64,000 bases of DNA from Promethearchaeota archaeon. GTDB taxonomy: Archaea > Asgardarchaeota > Heimdallarchaeia > Hodarchaeales > Hodarchaeaceae. Positions 29,796 through 38,997 of this stretch are shown piece after piece. The number at the start of each line of letters is the position of its first letter. The first letter of the stretch is position 1. The stretch covers positions 96,001 to 160,000 of the forward strand of contig JBHLMN010000004.1 of assembly GCA_048938105.1 (NCBI GenBank), given 5' to 3'. The position numbers and the translations under genes are program-made. The notes below the pieces were generated by a model, which did no database searches, was not told the origin of the DNA, and saw nothing but the letters and a program-made list of their open reading frames with translations.

Positions 29796-30818
29796 TTATT
29801 TGGAATTAAAGTCTCGGACACCCTCGCTGGTAATTGCGAACTCTACTTTCCCATCAGGAAATTCAGGGCTTTTTGTTAATGAGGCAGTTCGTTTGGTTGC
29901 TTTCCCCTTTCGGATGAATATCCGAGTAGTAACCGTATGACCTACAATATTGCCTCCAACAGGCTTATTTGGATCCCCAAAAAATATCGCGTCAGGTTTG
30001 GCGGATACTTGGTTCGTCACGAGACCAATACAATTCATTATTTCAGCCTGTTTAGCAATAAACGCTAAATGTCTCCCAATCAGTTGTTGTCGTTCTGCCA
30101 GTGTTCCACGTCCCACGAACTCACTTCTGAAATGTGACATGAGGGAGTCTACAATTATCAGACCAACGTTTGGAACCATAGTAAGTGCCTCTTCGGTGAG
30201 TGCCATTTGGTGTTCACTATTGTAAGCTCTACCAACCGTAATTCGTGAAAGTACGGTGTCTGGATCTATATCTAATGCCTAAGCTATTTGTACTATTCGA
30301 TTAAAGCGGAATATTCCTTCTGAGTCGATCCAAATCACATCTCGGTCGAGGTATTTAACGCAATTAACTGCCAATTGGTGGGCAATCTGGGTCTTTCCAC
30401 AGCCATTCTCACCAGCGATTTCCGTGACACTTCCCGTTTCAAATCCTCCCCCTATGAGTTCATTGAACGTTTTTGATCCTGTCGTTAATTTTATCCGTGT
30501 TTTTGCTGCTTCCTCGTAATCTGTCCCTTTTTTTAATCCAAGGTCAAACTGTGCTCTTGCTTCACGGATTAGATGAGCTGCAGTTTTCTCCGCAATTCCC
30601 GAAATTTCAGTTAATTGAGCCCGTGTTGCTAGAGCTATCGCTTCTTTGCTTCCATAACCCGCAGTTTCTAGTCGTTGTCTTGTCGTGGGGCCAACGCCTG
30701 TTATTGTTTCTAAGAATGGTTTCTCTGAGGTTGTGTCCTTTTTCTTAACTTTCTTTGTCCTTTTCTCTTCAATTGGCTCAGAACTAATTCCTTCGTCTTT
30801 TGTTTCGACTTTTGCCAT
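29796..30818 (-). pseudogene. radA: RadA recombinase paralog interrupted by one in-frame TAG at 30281-30279 (340 aa if read through)
   Basis: HhH GVGPTT, Walker A GENGCGKT, IVDS, FRSEFVGRGTLAERQQ, TNQV. The frame continues across the stop: RIVQIA*ALDIDPDTVLSRITVGRAYNSEHQM. Confidence 0.9.
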
Positions 30819-30890
30819 CGTTTTTCACTTTATTCTTTTTTCTAGCTATATTGTTGTAAACCTTTGATCTGATTATGATTTAGCTCCCTG

Positions 30891-31004
30891 CCTTTTTATA
30901 CTCAAAATCACCAATTTTTCGAATTTCTAGTACAAAAATATAATTCTCATTCTTACCTTATATATTCAAAATCGATGGGAGAATAGATTTCTAGTATAAA
31001 AGAG
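30891..31004. promoter_or_regulatory. Tandemly duplicated back-to-back promoter module (four motif copies) between radA and the large surface-protein gene
   Basis: Minus-strand copies at 30891-30909 and 30956-30973; plus-strand copies at 30922-30940 and 30986-31004. Both pairs have a 12-nt spacer. Confidence 0.7.
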
Positions 31005-31056
31005 CTCACCAGTAATTAAGAGTGTAAGTATCGTAGAATGGTAGAGGTTATCAACA

Positions 31057-34000
31057 ATGAGTCAAATCTCAAGAATAAATCAAGAAAAAATAATTGGCTT
31101 TTGGCTTTTAACAAGTATTTATCTTGTTATCATTCTGATTGCTATTACTCCTGGCATAGCCACACCATTAAAGACATCAACAACCCTTCTCTCTGATATT
31201 GGGGCTGCAGGACTTGATGACACGATTCAATTCACAATTTTTGTTTATACAGGTTTTGACCCTGTCCCAACTGGTGTTGTTCGTATAATTGATACCAATA
31301 CAAGTGAATACATTGATACCACTATTCTAGGTGGGGAAGCAAAAGTTAATTGGACAGTTTTTGAGCCTTTCATAGAAGGGGTTCATGTCTTTAAGGCCAA
31401 CTATCAAGGATTTTTAGATTACTCCCCTTCATCTGGCATATGCAGTATTTATTTTGATGAATTTACTCCTGGGAGTTCTCGTACAACGACTATCACGCTC
31501 AATAGTAATTCTACTGTAGTTTTTAAGAACTCATCTGTCCGATTCACCGTTGAACTCGAAATTATTAATTCTGTTCAACCCTACTTCAAGGGGGGATATA
31601 TTTATGTTAAGAACAATAATCTTAGCGGATCGCCTATGATCCATACTTATGGACCACTCCCTCTAGACCCTTCTGCTCTCTTAACCTACTCCTTCGATTA
31701 TCAGATCCCTATCTTTTCCCCAGTAGGGATCAATGCGTTTTTTGTGGAATATACTGGAAGTTCGCAATCCCAAACAAAACCTTGCACTTCCTCTCATCAC
31801 AATATAACAGTTCTAAGTACAGGTTTCTGGTTAGATCAATCAATAGATCAAGTTGACCTTCAACGCGAAGAGAGTACATTAGAACTAAACACAACAATAC
31901 TGGGAGATAATCCCATAGGATTAGAATTAAAGATGTACTCTTCCCTCAATGACCAAAAATTCATCATAGATGATCGTATTCTCGAATCACGGAATGTAAT
32001 AACGTATTTCTTACCTAATAGTTCAGTACCCGTAGGTATTCTTTCAATAATTACCGAGTTAATCGACCCAAGTACCAAAACTCAATATACAAACACAACT
32101 ACGGCTGTATCAATCATAGATTATGCTCGAATTGACCATTCAGAGAATGCGACTCAATATCGGCACAATGAAAGTATTCGCATCGAAGCTTACATCACTG
32201 AACAGGATGTCTGGACTCACCCAGTTGTCACTACTGTGGAATTACAGGATGTCACCGATGGTAATCGTTCATTAATCAATAAAACGACTAATCAGGATGG
32301 ATTCGTGGTGATCGATTACCCCATTCCTGATAATGCAACGGTTGGAAATCATAAATTTAGTCTAACAACTCATAATACCAACAAGTTCATTTTAGATATT
32401 ACAGAGACCTTCCTCATTCCCATTAAGGGTATAACTGAAATCGACGTAACTTATGAGAGTGGTGGAGTGGACAGGAATGAAATTACTCTTATAGAAGCGA
32501 CTGTTCTTTCAGGAGGAGTGGCAATCAGCGAGGGTTTGATAGTGTTAGAGTTTGCCATCAATGACTCTGTTATTGAAACACGGGATTGTGAACCTGGTCT
32601 GGAATTTGAGTATTTCATTGAACCTTCGCATCCGAGGGGTATTATGGAATATCAGATTCATTTTCTCGGATCTTACAATTACGATGAGCATGTCGAACCT
32701 ATTGACCTGCCAGTCTTCTCAAACCCTACATTTAGTACATCAGGCCAAAACGCGTCGGAAGTCATTAAAGGACACACTGTGCGTATTTGGGGCCGATTAG
32801 TGGATGAAATTGGCCAACCTGTGTGTTATGAAGAAATCGAGTTGACTGATACTACTATTGGCACGTTTCTTGGTACTAGTGTAACTGACGATCAAGGCCT
32901 GTTCTTTTACGACTATTTCATCTCCCAGTCCACTCAGATCGGAGTTCATTTCGTTGAGATAACCTATTCAGGCAACATTTTAGAATTCTATCGTGCGTCA
33001 ACAAACAACCCTCTCAAAAGTATCACTGTGAGACCTCCGTTGTCTGTCATGATTGAAGCTGAGGTGGTTGCAAATCACTGGACGATTATTTCTCTAGAAG
33101 GAGGATTAAATGATGATATCCTCTTAGAATGGCAAAAATATGGTGAAATAGACTGGAGTTATTTGGGTGTCGTTGTACTCAATTCTTCAGGTCGGGGGCT
33201 GTATAACTGGTCTACTCCCTATTATAAAGGTGAATTTGCCATTCGGGCAACAGGCCCCAATAGTACAAAATATGACTTCTCTACCATGTATGCTATCCCT
33301 TACATTACAGTGGCGGGGGATGAAATTGGTAATGTTAACGATCCTTACCTTTTTACAGTCAATTCAGCGGAAAAATATCAAATATGGATAAGCGAGCAAC
33401 TTTGGCAGGACTGGCGTGAAGCAGGAATTCATCAGTACGACTATATTTTTACAGGTCGAGGATTACGAGGCATCACTATCGTTAGTAACGATACCTATAC
33501 CTACTATCAAGAATATCATCATAACATTGCTATATATGAAGATGTATTTGTTACTCTTTCAGCACCTTTAGAAGCATTCGTGAATCTCTCGATAAATTTA
33601 GATGGTACTGTGATCGGGGAGGTATCGGGTCCAATAGAGGGTATGGATGCTACTTTAGTGGTCAATGGTACTGACCTACAAGTTGACTCCACCAGTGGTG
33701 CTGGACATTATTATTTCTCAGTAGTATTCGAAGATCCAGGTAACTACAAACTTATGGTAAAGACTCCTTCTAGTGATACTACATTTTATTGCGCTTCTTT
33801 TAGTGAGGAATCAAATATCTTCATCAATTCTATTCCTGCTGACTTCGACATTTTAAGTCCCTTAAATCAGACATATGGAGCTATTGTGGAGGTATCCATT
33901 GTTGGAGATGCTGAAAATTATTGGTATTGCATTGAACCAATTGATATAACTAATATCTCTTGGTTTACTCCGATTTATCGAACTCTGCCTGAAGGTAATT

Positions 34001-35871
34001 ATACTTGCCATGTCTATGGGCAAAACAATTATGGGATTGTTTCGCATATTTACTCCCCATTTATTGTTGACACAACCGCTCCATCATTAATATTGACTAG
34101 TCCAAGAAACACAACTTATACCATTAATGATATTTCAATTTCATATCTAACAGATGAAAATGAAGTATTAGTTGTGCTAGATGATGTGGAATTAGAGGGT
34201 GTTAGCTCGGGTACACTACTTTCTGGTTTGGCTGAGGGTGTCCATAACTTAACAATCTTAGCTTACGATCAAGTTGGTAACATGGTCGATCGAATAGCCT
34301 TGTTTAGAGTGGATACAGTTCCCCCCAGTCTAGAAATTAGTTCACCTTACAATCAAAGCTATACTACCGAAATTGAAATCATATTGAGATCAAATGGGAG
34401 TACTGTTCTCTATTATATTCCTACAGTCCATAAATATAATCAAACCTATACAGACCCAATATCTCTTAATCTTTCGATTGGTAAGTATATACTCCAAGTT
34501 TATGCATTTGATGATGCAGGGAACACTTGTACAGGGTCTGTTGCTTTTTCTATTGTCCAAACCATCGAATTACTAATTAATCCTAAATGCAAAGATGTCG
34601 ATGGGGCTGGAAATTACGAAATCTCCACCCAAATAATGAGTCATCCAAATTTTGATTTAGTAGGGATCTACCTCAATGGCACTTATTTAGGAAGTTTAAA
34701 CTGGAGTTACTTATACCAAGATTATCGTTTATCTTTTCAACTTGAGCGTCCTGGTCTTTGGCAGCTTACTCTCTTTGCCAAAACTACCCTAGAAGAGTAT
34801 GATTTTCATTATTTCGAGATTGAGTGGAATCCCCCTGTTCCTCTGTTTAAATCAGTATCAGTAGCATTTGATTCATCACAGTATGAGGTTCGTGCGCAAA
34901 TTGATACAGGAGTCCTCTCTCTAGACAGAGTTTTACTTTTTGTGAATGATACATCCTATCCCTTGACATATTCACCTTTTGGGGATCGCTGGGTAGTTAA
35001 TATCCCTGTTCATCCAAAGAACGACACTTTGATCTTTTATACTTGGTACAAATGGGATGAGTTACCTTCAGCTCACTACGAGCATTATATCTCTTGGTTT
35101 GCTCCTAGTATCATCCTTGAAGAGTCCATTATTCGAAGAGAGAATTTCTCGCTTAGTATTAGAATTGAGAAACAAAATGCCTCAATTGTTACTCAATCTG
35201 TAAAATTACTAATCATTAATGGTTCTTCTGAAATTGATGTGGTAGGAAACCTTGTGTACGAGTCTGTAACGGGAAGTTACCAACAGTGGGAATTTAACTC
35301 TCCTAATCTCCCTCCTAGGATTTGGAATTATAGAATCAAGGTCAGAGATATTTATGGTTCTCAACGGGTTCTTAATCTGATATTTAATGCCACGGATCTT
35401 CCACCCCAATTCGGAAATAGCGCTGCTTTTCTCGTTTCTCGTTACACAGCAGGAGAGTTATGGCAGATTGAGGTCGCTGCAAGTGATGATTACCAAATTG
35501 AGAGAGTTATTTTATATGTTGATGGAATTGATAAAACCTCAACCACTAACAATGATACACACTTTGTCTTCCAAGTTTGGTTGACTGAAGGAGTACACAG
35601 TCTTCAAGTGGCTGCTTATGATGATATTGGTCAAAAAAATACTTTAGATCTCCCTTCGATTGAAGTGATTCTTATTCCTTCCACAACATCATCAACCACT
35701 CCTATTGAGACTCGTACTTCTGACTCTTCTTTCCCTAGAAATACCAATTCGTCGACAACTAGTAATAGTGACGAAGAAGCTGATGGTCTTATTACTCTTG
35801 GTTTTGCAGGGAGTATTGTTGGAGGAATAGTTATGGTTGGAAATATCGTGGCACGAAAGAGGCGGGATTGA
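31057..35871 (+). CDS. 1604-aa surface protein with multiple Ig-like domains and a C-terminal membrane anchor
   Basis: Signal peptide; Ig-like signatures (ANYQGFLDYSPS, DTTAPSLILTSP, GVHNLTILAYDQVGN); S/T linker, TM and RKRR tail. Confidence 0.8.
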   Translation: MSQISRINQEKIIGFWLLTSIYLVIILIAITPGIATPLKTSTTLLSDIGAAGLDDTIQFTIFVYTGFDPVPTGVVRIIDTNTSEYIDTTILGGEAKVNWTVFEPFIEGVHVFKANYQGFLDYSPSSGICSIYFDEFTPGSSRTTTITLNSNSTVVFKNSSVRFTVELEIINSVQPYFKGGYIYVKNNNLSGSPMIHTYGPLPLDPSALLTYSFDYQIPIFSPVGINAFFVEYTGSSQSQTKPCTSSHHNITVLSTGFWLDQSIDQVDLQREESTLELNTTILGDNPIGLELKMYSSLNDQKFIIDDRILESRNVITYFLPNSSVPVGILSIITELIDPSTKTQYTNTTTAVSIIDYARIDHSENATQYRHNESIRIEAYITEQDVWTHPVVTTVELQDVTDGNRSLINKTTNQDGFVVIDYPIPDNATVGNHKFSLTTHNTNKFILDITETFLIPIKGITEIDVTYESGGVDRNEITLIEATVLSGGVAISEGLIVLEFAINDSVIETRDCEPGLEFEYFIEPSHPRGIMEYQIHFLGSYNYDEHVEPIDLPVFSNPTFSTSGQNASEVIKGHTVRIWGRLVDEIGQPVCYEEIELTDTTIGTFLGTSVTDDQGLFFYDYFISQSTQIGVHFVEITYSGNILEFYRASTNNPLKSITVRPPLSVMIEAEVVANHWTIISLEGGLNDDILLEWQKYGEIDWSYLGVVVLNSSGRGLYNWSTPYYKGEFAIRATGPNSTKYDFSTMYAIPYITVAGDEIGNVNDPYLFTVNSAEKYQIWISEQLWQDWREAGIHQYDYIFTGRGLRGITIVSNDTYTYYQEYHHNIAIYEDVFVTLSAPLEAFVNLSINLDGTVIGEVSGPIEGMDATLVVNGTDLQVDSTSGAGHYYFSVVFEDPGNYKLMVKTPSSDTTFYCASFSEESNIFINSIPADFDILSPLNQTYGAIVEVSIVGDAENYWYCIEPIDITNISWFTPIYRTLPEGNYTCHVYGQNNYGIVSHIYSPFIVDTTAPSLILTSPRNTTYTINDISISYLTDENEVLVVLDDVELEGVSSGTLLSGLAEGVHNLTILAYDQVGNMVDRIALFRVDTVPPSLEISSPYNQSYTTEIEIILRSNGSTVLYYIPTVHKYNQTYTDPISLNLSIGKYILQVYAFDDAGNTCTGSVAFSIVQTIELLINPKCKDVDGAGNYEISTQIMSHPNFDLVGIYLNGTYLGSLNWSYLYQDYRLSFQLERPGLWQLTLFAKTTLEEYDFHYFEIEWNPPVPLFKSVSVAFDSSQYEVRAQIDTGVLSLDRVLLFVNDTSYPLTYSPFGDRWVVNIPVHPKNDTLIFYTWYKWDELPSAHYEHYISWFAPSIILEESIIRRENFSLSIRIEKQNASIVTQSVKLLIINGSSEIDVVGNLVYESVTGSYQQWEFNSPNLPPRIWNYRIKVRDIYGSQRVLNLIFNATDLPPQFGNSAAFLVSRYTAGELWQIEVAASDDYQIERVILYVDGIDKTSTTNNDTHFVFQVWLTEGVHSLQVAAYDDIGQKNTLDLPSIEVILIPSTTSSTTPIETRTSDSSFPRNTNSSTTSNSDEEADGLITLGFAGSIVGGIVMVGNIVARKRRD

Positions 35872-35874
35872 AAA

Positions 35875-36468
35875 ATGAAAAACAGTACCCATTATTTGTT
35901 TTCTGTGGGACTACTTAATCTTTATGCATTGTACTTGATCTCAGACCCACTTCTTGCTTGGTTTTGTTTGGGATTATCCTTTCCCTTAAGTGGGATCAGT
36001 TTTATCCCTAATTTCTTAGATAGCTATACCGCTGCGAGTTTCCAGTACGAAGGAGTACAGTTCAAGCATCGGGCTGCTATTCAATATCGGCATCCTCTGA
36101 CCCACTCTCCTTGGACTTTAGGTTATTTTGTACCAGGCTTTTATATTGCAGAGAAAACCTCTGAACCAGTTTTTATAATCATTGTTTCCGCTTTATTCTT
36201 AGGTTGGTGTTCACACCTTTTCTTAGACGCATTAAATCCTGAAGGGATCCCCTTAGGGAAGACTCCTGTTTATACTCCTCATCCTGTAAAACATTATTCA
36301 TGGCGTCAACCTACCAAAGCTCGTACCTTCAGATTAGCAAGAATCCCTTTTAATCATTTTAAAGCCAATCTGGTGTTATCACGTATTGGATTACTTTTTT
36401 TAGCCTTAAATGTTGCTGATTTAGTTCTCAATCATCTTAACATTATCTCTGAGGTGATGTCATTTTGA
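35875..36468 (+). CDS. YdjM/DUF457-like membrane metal-dependent hydrolase
   Basis: STH, HPLTHS and SHLFLDALNPEGIP motifs. Confidence 0.7.
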   Translation: MKNSTHYLFSVGLLNLYALYLISDPLLAWFCLGLSFPLSGISFIPNFLDSYTAASFQYEGVQFKHRAAIQYRHPLTHSPWTLGYFVPGFYIAEKTSEPVFIIIVSALFLGWCSHLFLDALNPEGIPLGKTPVYTPHPVKHYSWRQPTKARTFRLARIPFNHFKANLVLSRIGLLFLALNVADLVLNHLNIISEVMSF

Positions 36469-37550
36469 GTGATTTCAAGGACATAAGCATATTCCTGATC
36501 CTAGTTATTACATCTCTTTTAAGCCTTCAAACCAATTCTTTGGCATCATTTTCAGACGCAGCCCCACACAGTCCTGCTATACACACAGTTACTTCGGAGT
36601 CTTACGACCTGAGTATTTCAGAAGTCGTCACAGAAGTTGAAAGGACATTTCAACGGAACATTGTGTTATCACGTGTTTGGGATCGATTATTACTTAACAT
36701 GAGTGTCCAAAATTTTGGTGATCCCCTTGATAACGTCTTCCTTCACGTTATCACAAATGGTGCTCCTATTCACGCTACATTCCACGCTGTGGAAACTGTA
36801 GGATTAGTTCAGGCTTTTTCCTATCAGTTTGAGATTCCTCAGACACTAGTAATGACTCTGAATCATACACAAGAGACTGAATTACAATTGAAGATTCTCA
36901 TTCTGTTAGATCATAGTGTAACTTGGCGGACTCCCTCCGTAAACTTTGCGATTCAAAAAGCCCATTTGATAGCTCTTGACTTGATCCAACCTCTAGAAAG
37001 AAGTATCCTCCCCTTATCATATGCCAATCCTCAGTATCAAATCCAACCAGTGAAATATTCTTTCCAAAGGAGAAATCTCTTAGCATCTCCCATTCTTTAC
37101 GTGCATATTCCTGCAAATATGCAACTTCTTTGCACTCTATTGGTCACACTTCAAGGAACAGGAGTAGATTATCTAGTGGTAGATGAGCAGACGGTTTATG
37201 CTAATGAGGGAGGCCATTCAATTAGTATGAATTTCACAATCACTAAAACATCTGAAGATCAAGACATATCTTTATCGATGTCGATAGCGCCTGATTATGA
37301 AGGATTGGGTGGAGAGACACGAGTCTTCCTATCCATCACTGTGGTTGGAATGCTTGAACCTTATTCCTCCCCTCTTGTAGCTGCTCCAGTTACAGCTGTG
37401 TTAGGGGCCCACCCTATTCCTTGGCTATTGATGATACCTATTCTTGCTATTACTTTGTTTGGTATTCCTTATTATTTGGTCTACCAAGACCATGTAACAG
37501 ATAAGGATAACACCCTCCTTGATCCGAAGAACCAGACCAAAATAAAGTAG
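36465..37550 (+). CDS. Secreted beta-rich protein with a C-terminal TM anchor
   Basis: TTGA overlap with the upstream stop, SD GAGGTGA, signal peptide and C-terminal TM. Confidence 0.7.
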   Translation: MSDFKDISIFLILVITSLLSLQTNSLASFSDAAPHSPAIHTVTSESYDLSISEVVTEVERTFQRNIVLSRVWDRLLLNMSVQNFGDPLDNVFLHVITNGAPIHATFHAVETVGLVQAFSYQFEIPQTLVMTLNHTQETELQLKILILLDHSVTWRTPSVNFAIQKAHLIALDLIQPLERSILPLSYANPQYQIQPVKYSFQRRNLLASPILYVHIPANMQLLCTLLVTLQGTGVDYLVVDEQTVYANEGGHSISMNFTITKTSEDQDISLSMSIAPDYEGLGGETRVFLSITVVGMLEPYSSPLVAAPVTAVLGAHPIPWLLMIPILAITLFGIPYYLVYQDHVTDKDNTLLDPKNQTKIK

Positions 37551-37995
37551 GGCTCCTGAAATTTTCGACATTTTCCAGTATAGTTCCATTCAATACTTCT
37601 ATCTCAATTATACAAGTTTGGGGAGAAATACAGTGGACTCTCTGCGTAAAAAAGCTAAGAGAAGATTCCCCATAGGATTACTACATGAATAATCATAAGG
37701 AGGATGAAAGACGCGTGACCTCAACTCACAAGACCATTTTATACTATTGACGGTTTTCGATTGAATACTTGTGGCGAATATTTGTGATAATCCAACCACG
37801 AGCCTCATTATCAATGACAGAATATTCTTTATCTTTCGTGATACACAAACGGGAGAATCTTTTCCGCTGGTAAGATGTTCGGAGTTAAATAACTCATGTG
37901 GAACAACCCCCAAGATTCTTAAACTGCAGGAATGGGAATAATGGGTGAATAATTATCAAAAATTCTTGATGGGAGAGTTTTGTTCAGATTTTCGG

Positions 37996-38015
37996 TATTT
38001 TCCAAATTTTCCAAA
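37996..38015 (+). repeat. Right copy of 20-bp direct repeat TATTTTCCAAATTTTCCAAA
   Basis: 19/20 identical to 15507-15526; lies just upstream of the BRE/TATA GGAAAC-TTTATATA of the ABC operon. Confidence 0.7.
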
Positions 38016-38052
38016 TTAGGAAACTTTATATAAGGTGCACAAGTTACGCAAT

Positions 38053-38072
38053 TCTCGAAAACTATTTCGAGA
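38053..38072. promoter_or_regulatory. Palindromic operator TCTCGAAA-N4-TTTCGAGA
   Basis: Perfect 8-bp arms between the TATA box (38025-38032) and ATG 38095. Confidence 0.55.
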
Positions 38073-38094
38073 TTAAACAGCTGGGGTTACAGAA

Positions 38095-38997
38095 ATGGTA
38101 AAAACTAAAATTAAAATAGAAAACCTGACTAAATATTATGGAAAACAACGAGGTATTGAAAATTTAAGCCTCGAAATTTACAGTGGAGAAATTTTTGGCT
38201 TTCTTGGTCCAAATGGAGCTGGTAAGACCACTACTATACGATGTATGATGAATATCCTCTTACCAACAACAGGCGAAATCTGGATCAATGGGGGTAAGGT
38301 GGCACGTTCCAATCCAAAACTTCGTGAAAACATCGGTTATATTGCGGAAGCAGGAGTTCTTCCTTCAGGTTACACAACAAACGACTTCTTAACATATATT
38401 GAGAGTATGCGAGGTACACCAAGCATCCGTCGAGATGAGCTTATCAAACGCTTTAATTTGCCTGTAAAAAAGAAAATTGGGGAATTATCTAAAGGGAACA
38501 AGCAAAAAGTCAGTATTATAGCTGCCTTCATGCATGACCCTGATGTGTTGATTCTCGATGAACCCACTTCTGGACTTGATCCTCTCCTTCAACAGGAGAC
38601 CTACGATCTCATTCTGGACGCTAAGAGTCGTGGAAAAACAATCTTTTTTAGCAGTCATAATTTAGCAGAAGTTCAACGTATTTGCGACCGTGTTGGTATT
38701 GTGAGAGATGGTCATCTGATCAGTGTGGTAGATGTTGATAGTCTTAACAAGGAAGTTTCCAGGGTTTTAGAAGTGACTCTTCGTGATCCGAATAAGGAAC
38801 AGCTTCAGACTTTTGGAGACAACTTACTCGAAATGGAGGAGAATCGAGCACGAATTCTCGTCCCCCAATCAGATTCTATCGAAAGATATCTTGAGGTTCT
38901 CATCCCTATGAAACCAGAGGAGATCGTTTTTCCTCCCGCGAGTCTTGAAGATTACTTCTTGCAATTTTATCGAGGACAAGAAGAGGGTGCGAAATGA
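38095..38997 (+). CDS. ABC-2 exporter ATP-binding protein
   Basis: GPNGAGKT, LSKGNKQK, LDEPTSGLD, SSH. Confidence 0.9.
   Translation: MVKTKIKIENLTKYYGKQRGIENLSLEIYSGEIFGFLGPNGAGKTTTIRCMMNILLPTTGEIWINGGKVARSNPKLRENIGYIAEAGVLPSGYTTNDFLTYIESMRGTPSIRRDELIKRFNLPVKKKIGELSKGNKQKVSIIAAFMHDPDVLILDEPTSGLDPLLQQETYDLILDAKSRGKTIFFSSHNLAEVQRICDRVGIVRDGHLISVVDVDSLNKEVSRVLEVTLRDPNKEQLQTFGDNLLEMEENRARILVPQSDSIERYLEVLIPMKPEEIVFPPASLEDYFLQFYRGQEEGAK

Noticed and set aside
30207-30281. Intein, intron or frameshift splitting radA
   Set aside because: Both halves are in frame and the intervening 24 codons are normal RadA sequence.
16839-30818. Genome-wide stop-codon reassignment as the cause of the split genes
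   Set aside because: The two internal stops differ (TGA and TAG), and both codons end other genes normally (e.g. TGA at 6511 and 38997, TAG at 9524 and 40769).
15553-37550. Provirus or classical conjugative element
   Set aside because: No integrase, relaxase, capsid, terminase or replication gene was recognised, and the VirB4-like protein lacks catalytic motifs.
37608-37940. 101-aa minus-strand ORF and short plus-strand frames at the right edge of the cluster
   Set aside because: No recognisable motif or convincing start; may be a decayed gene but cannot be supported.
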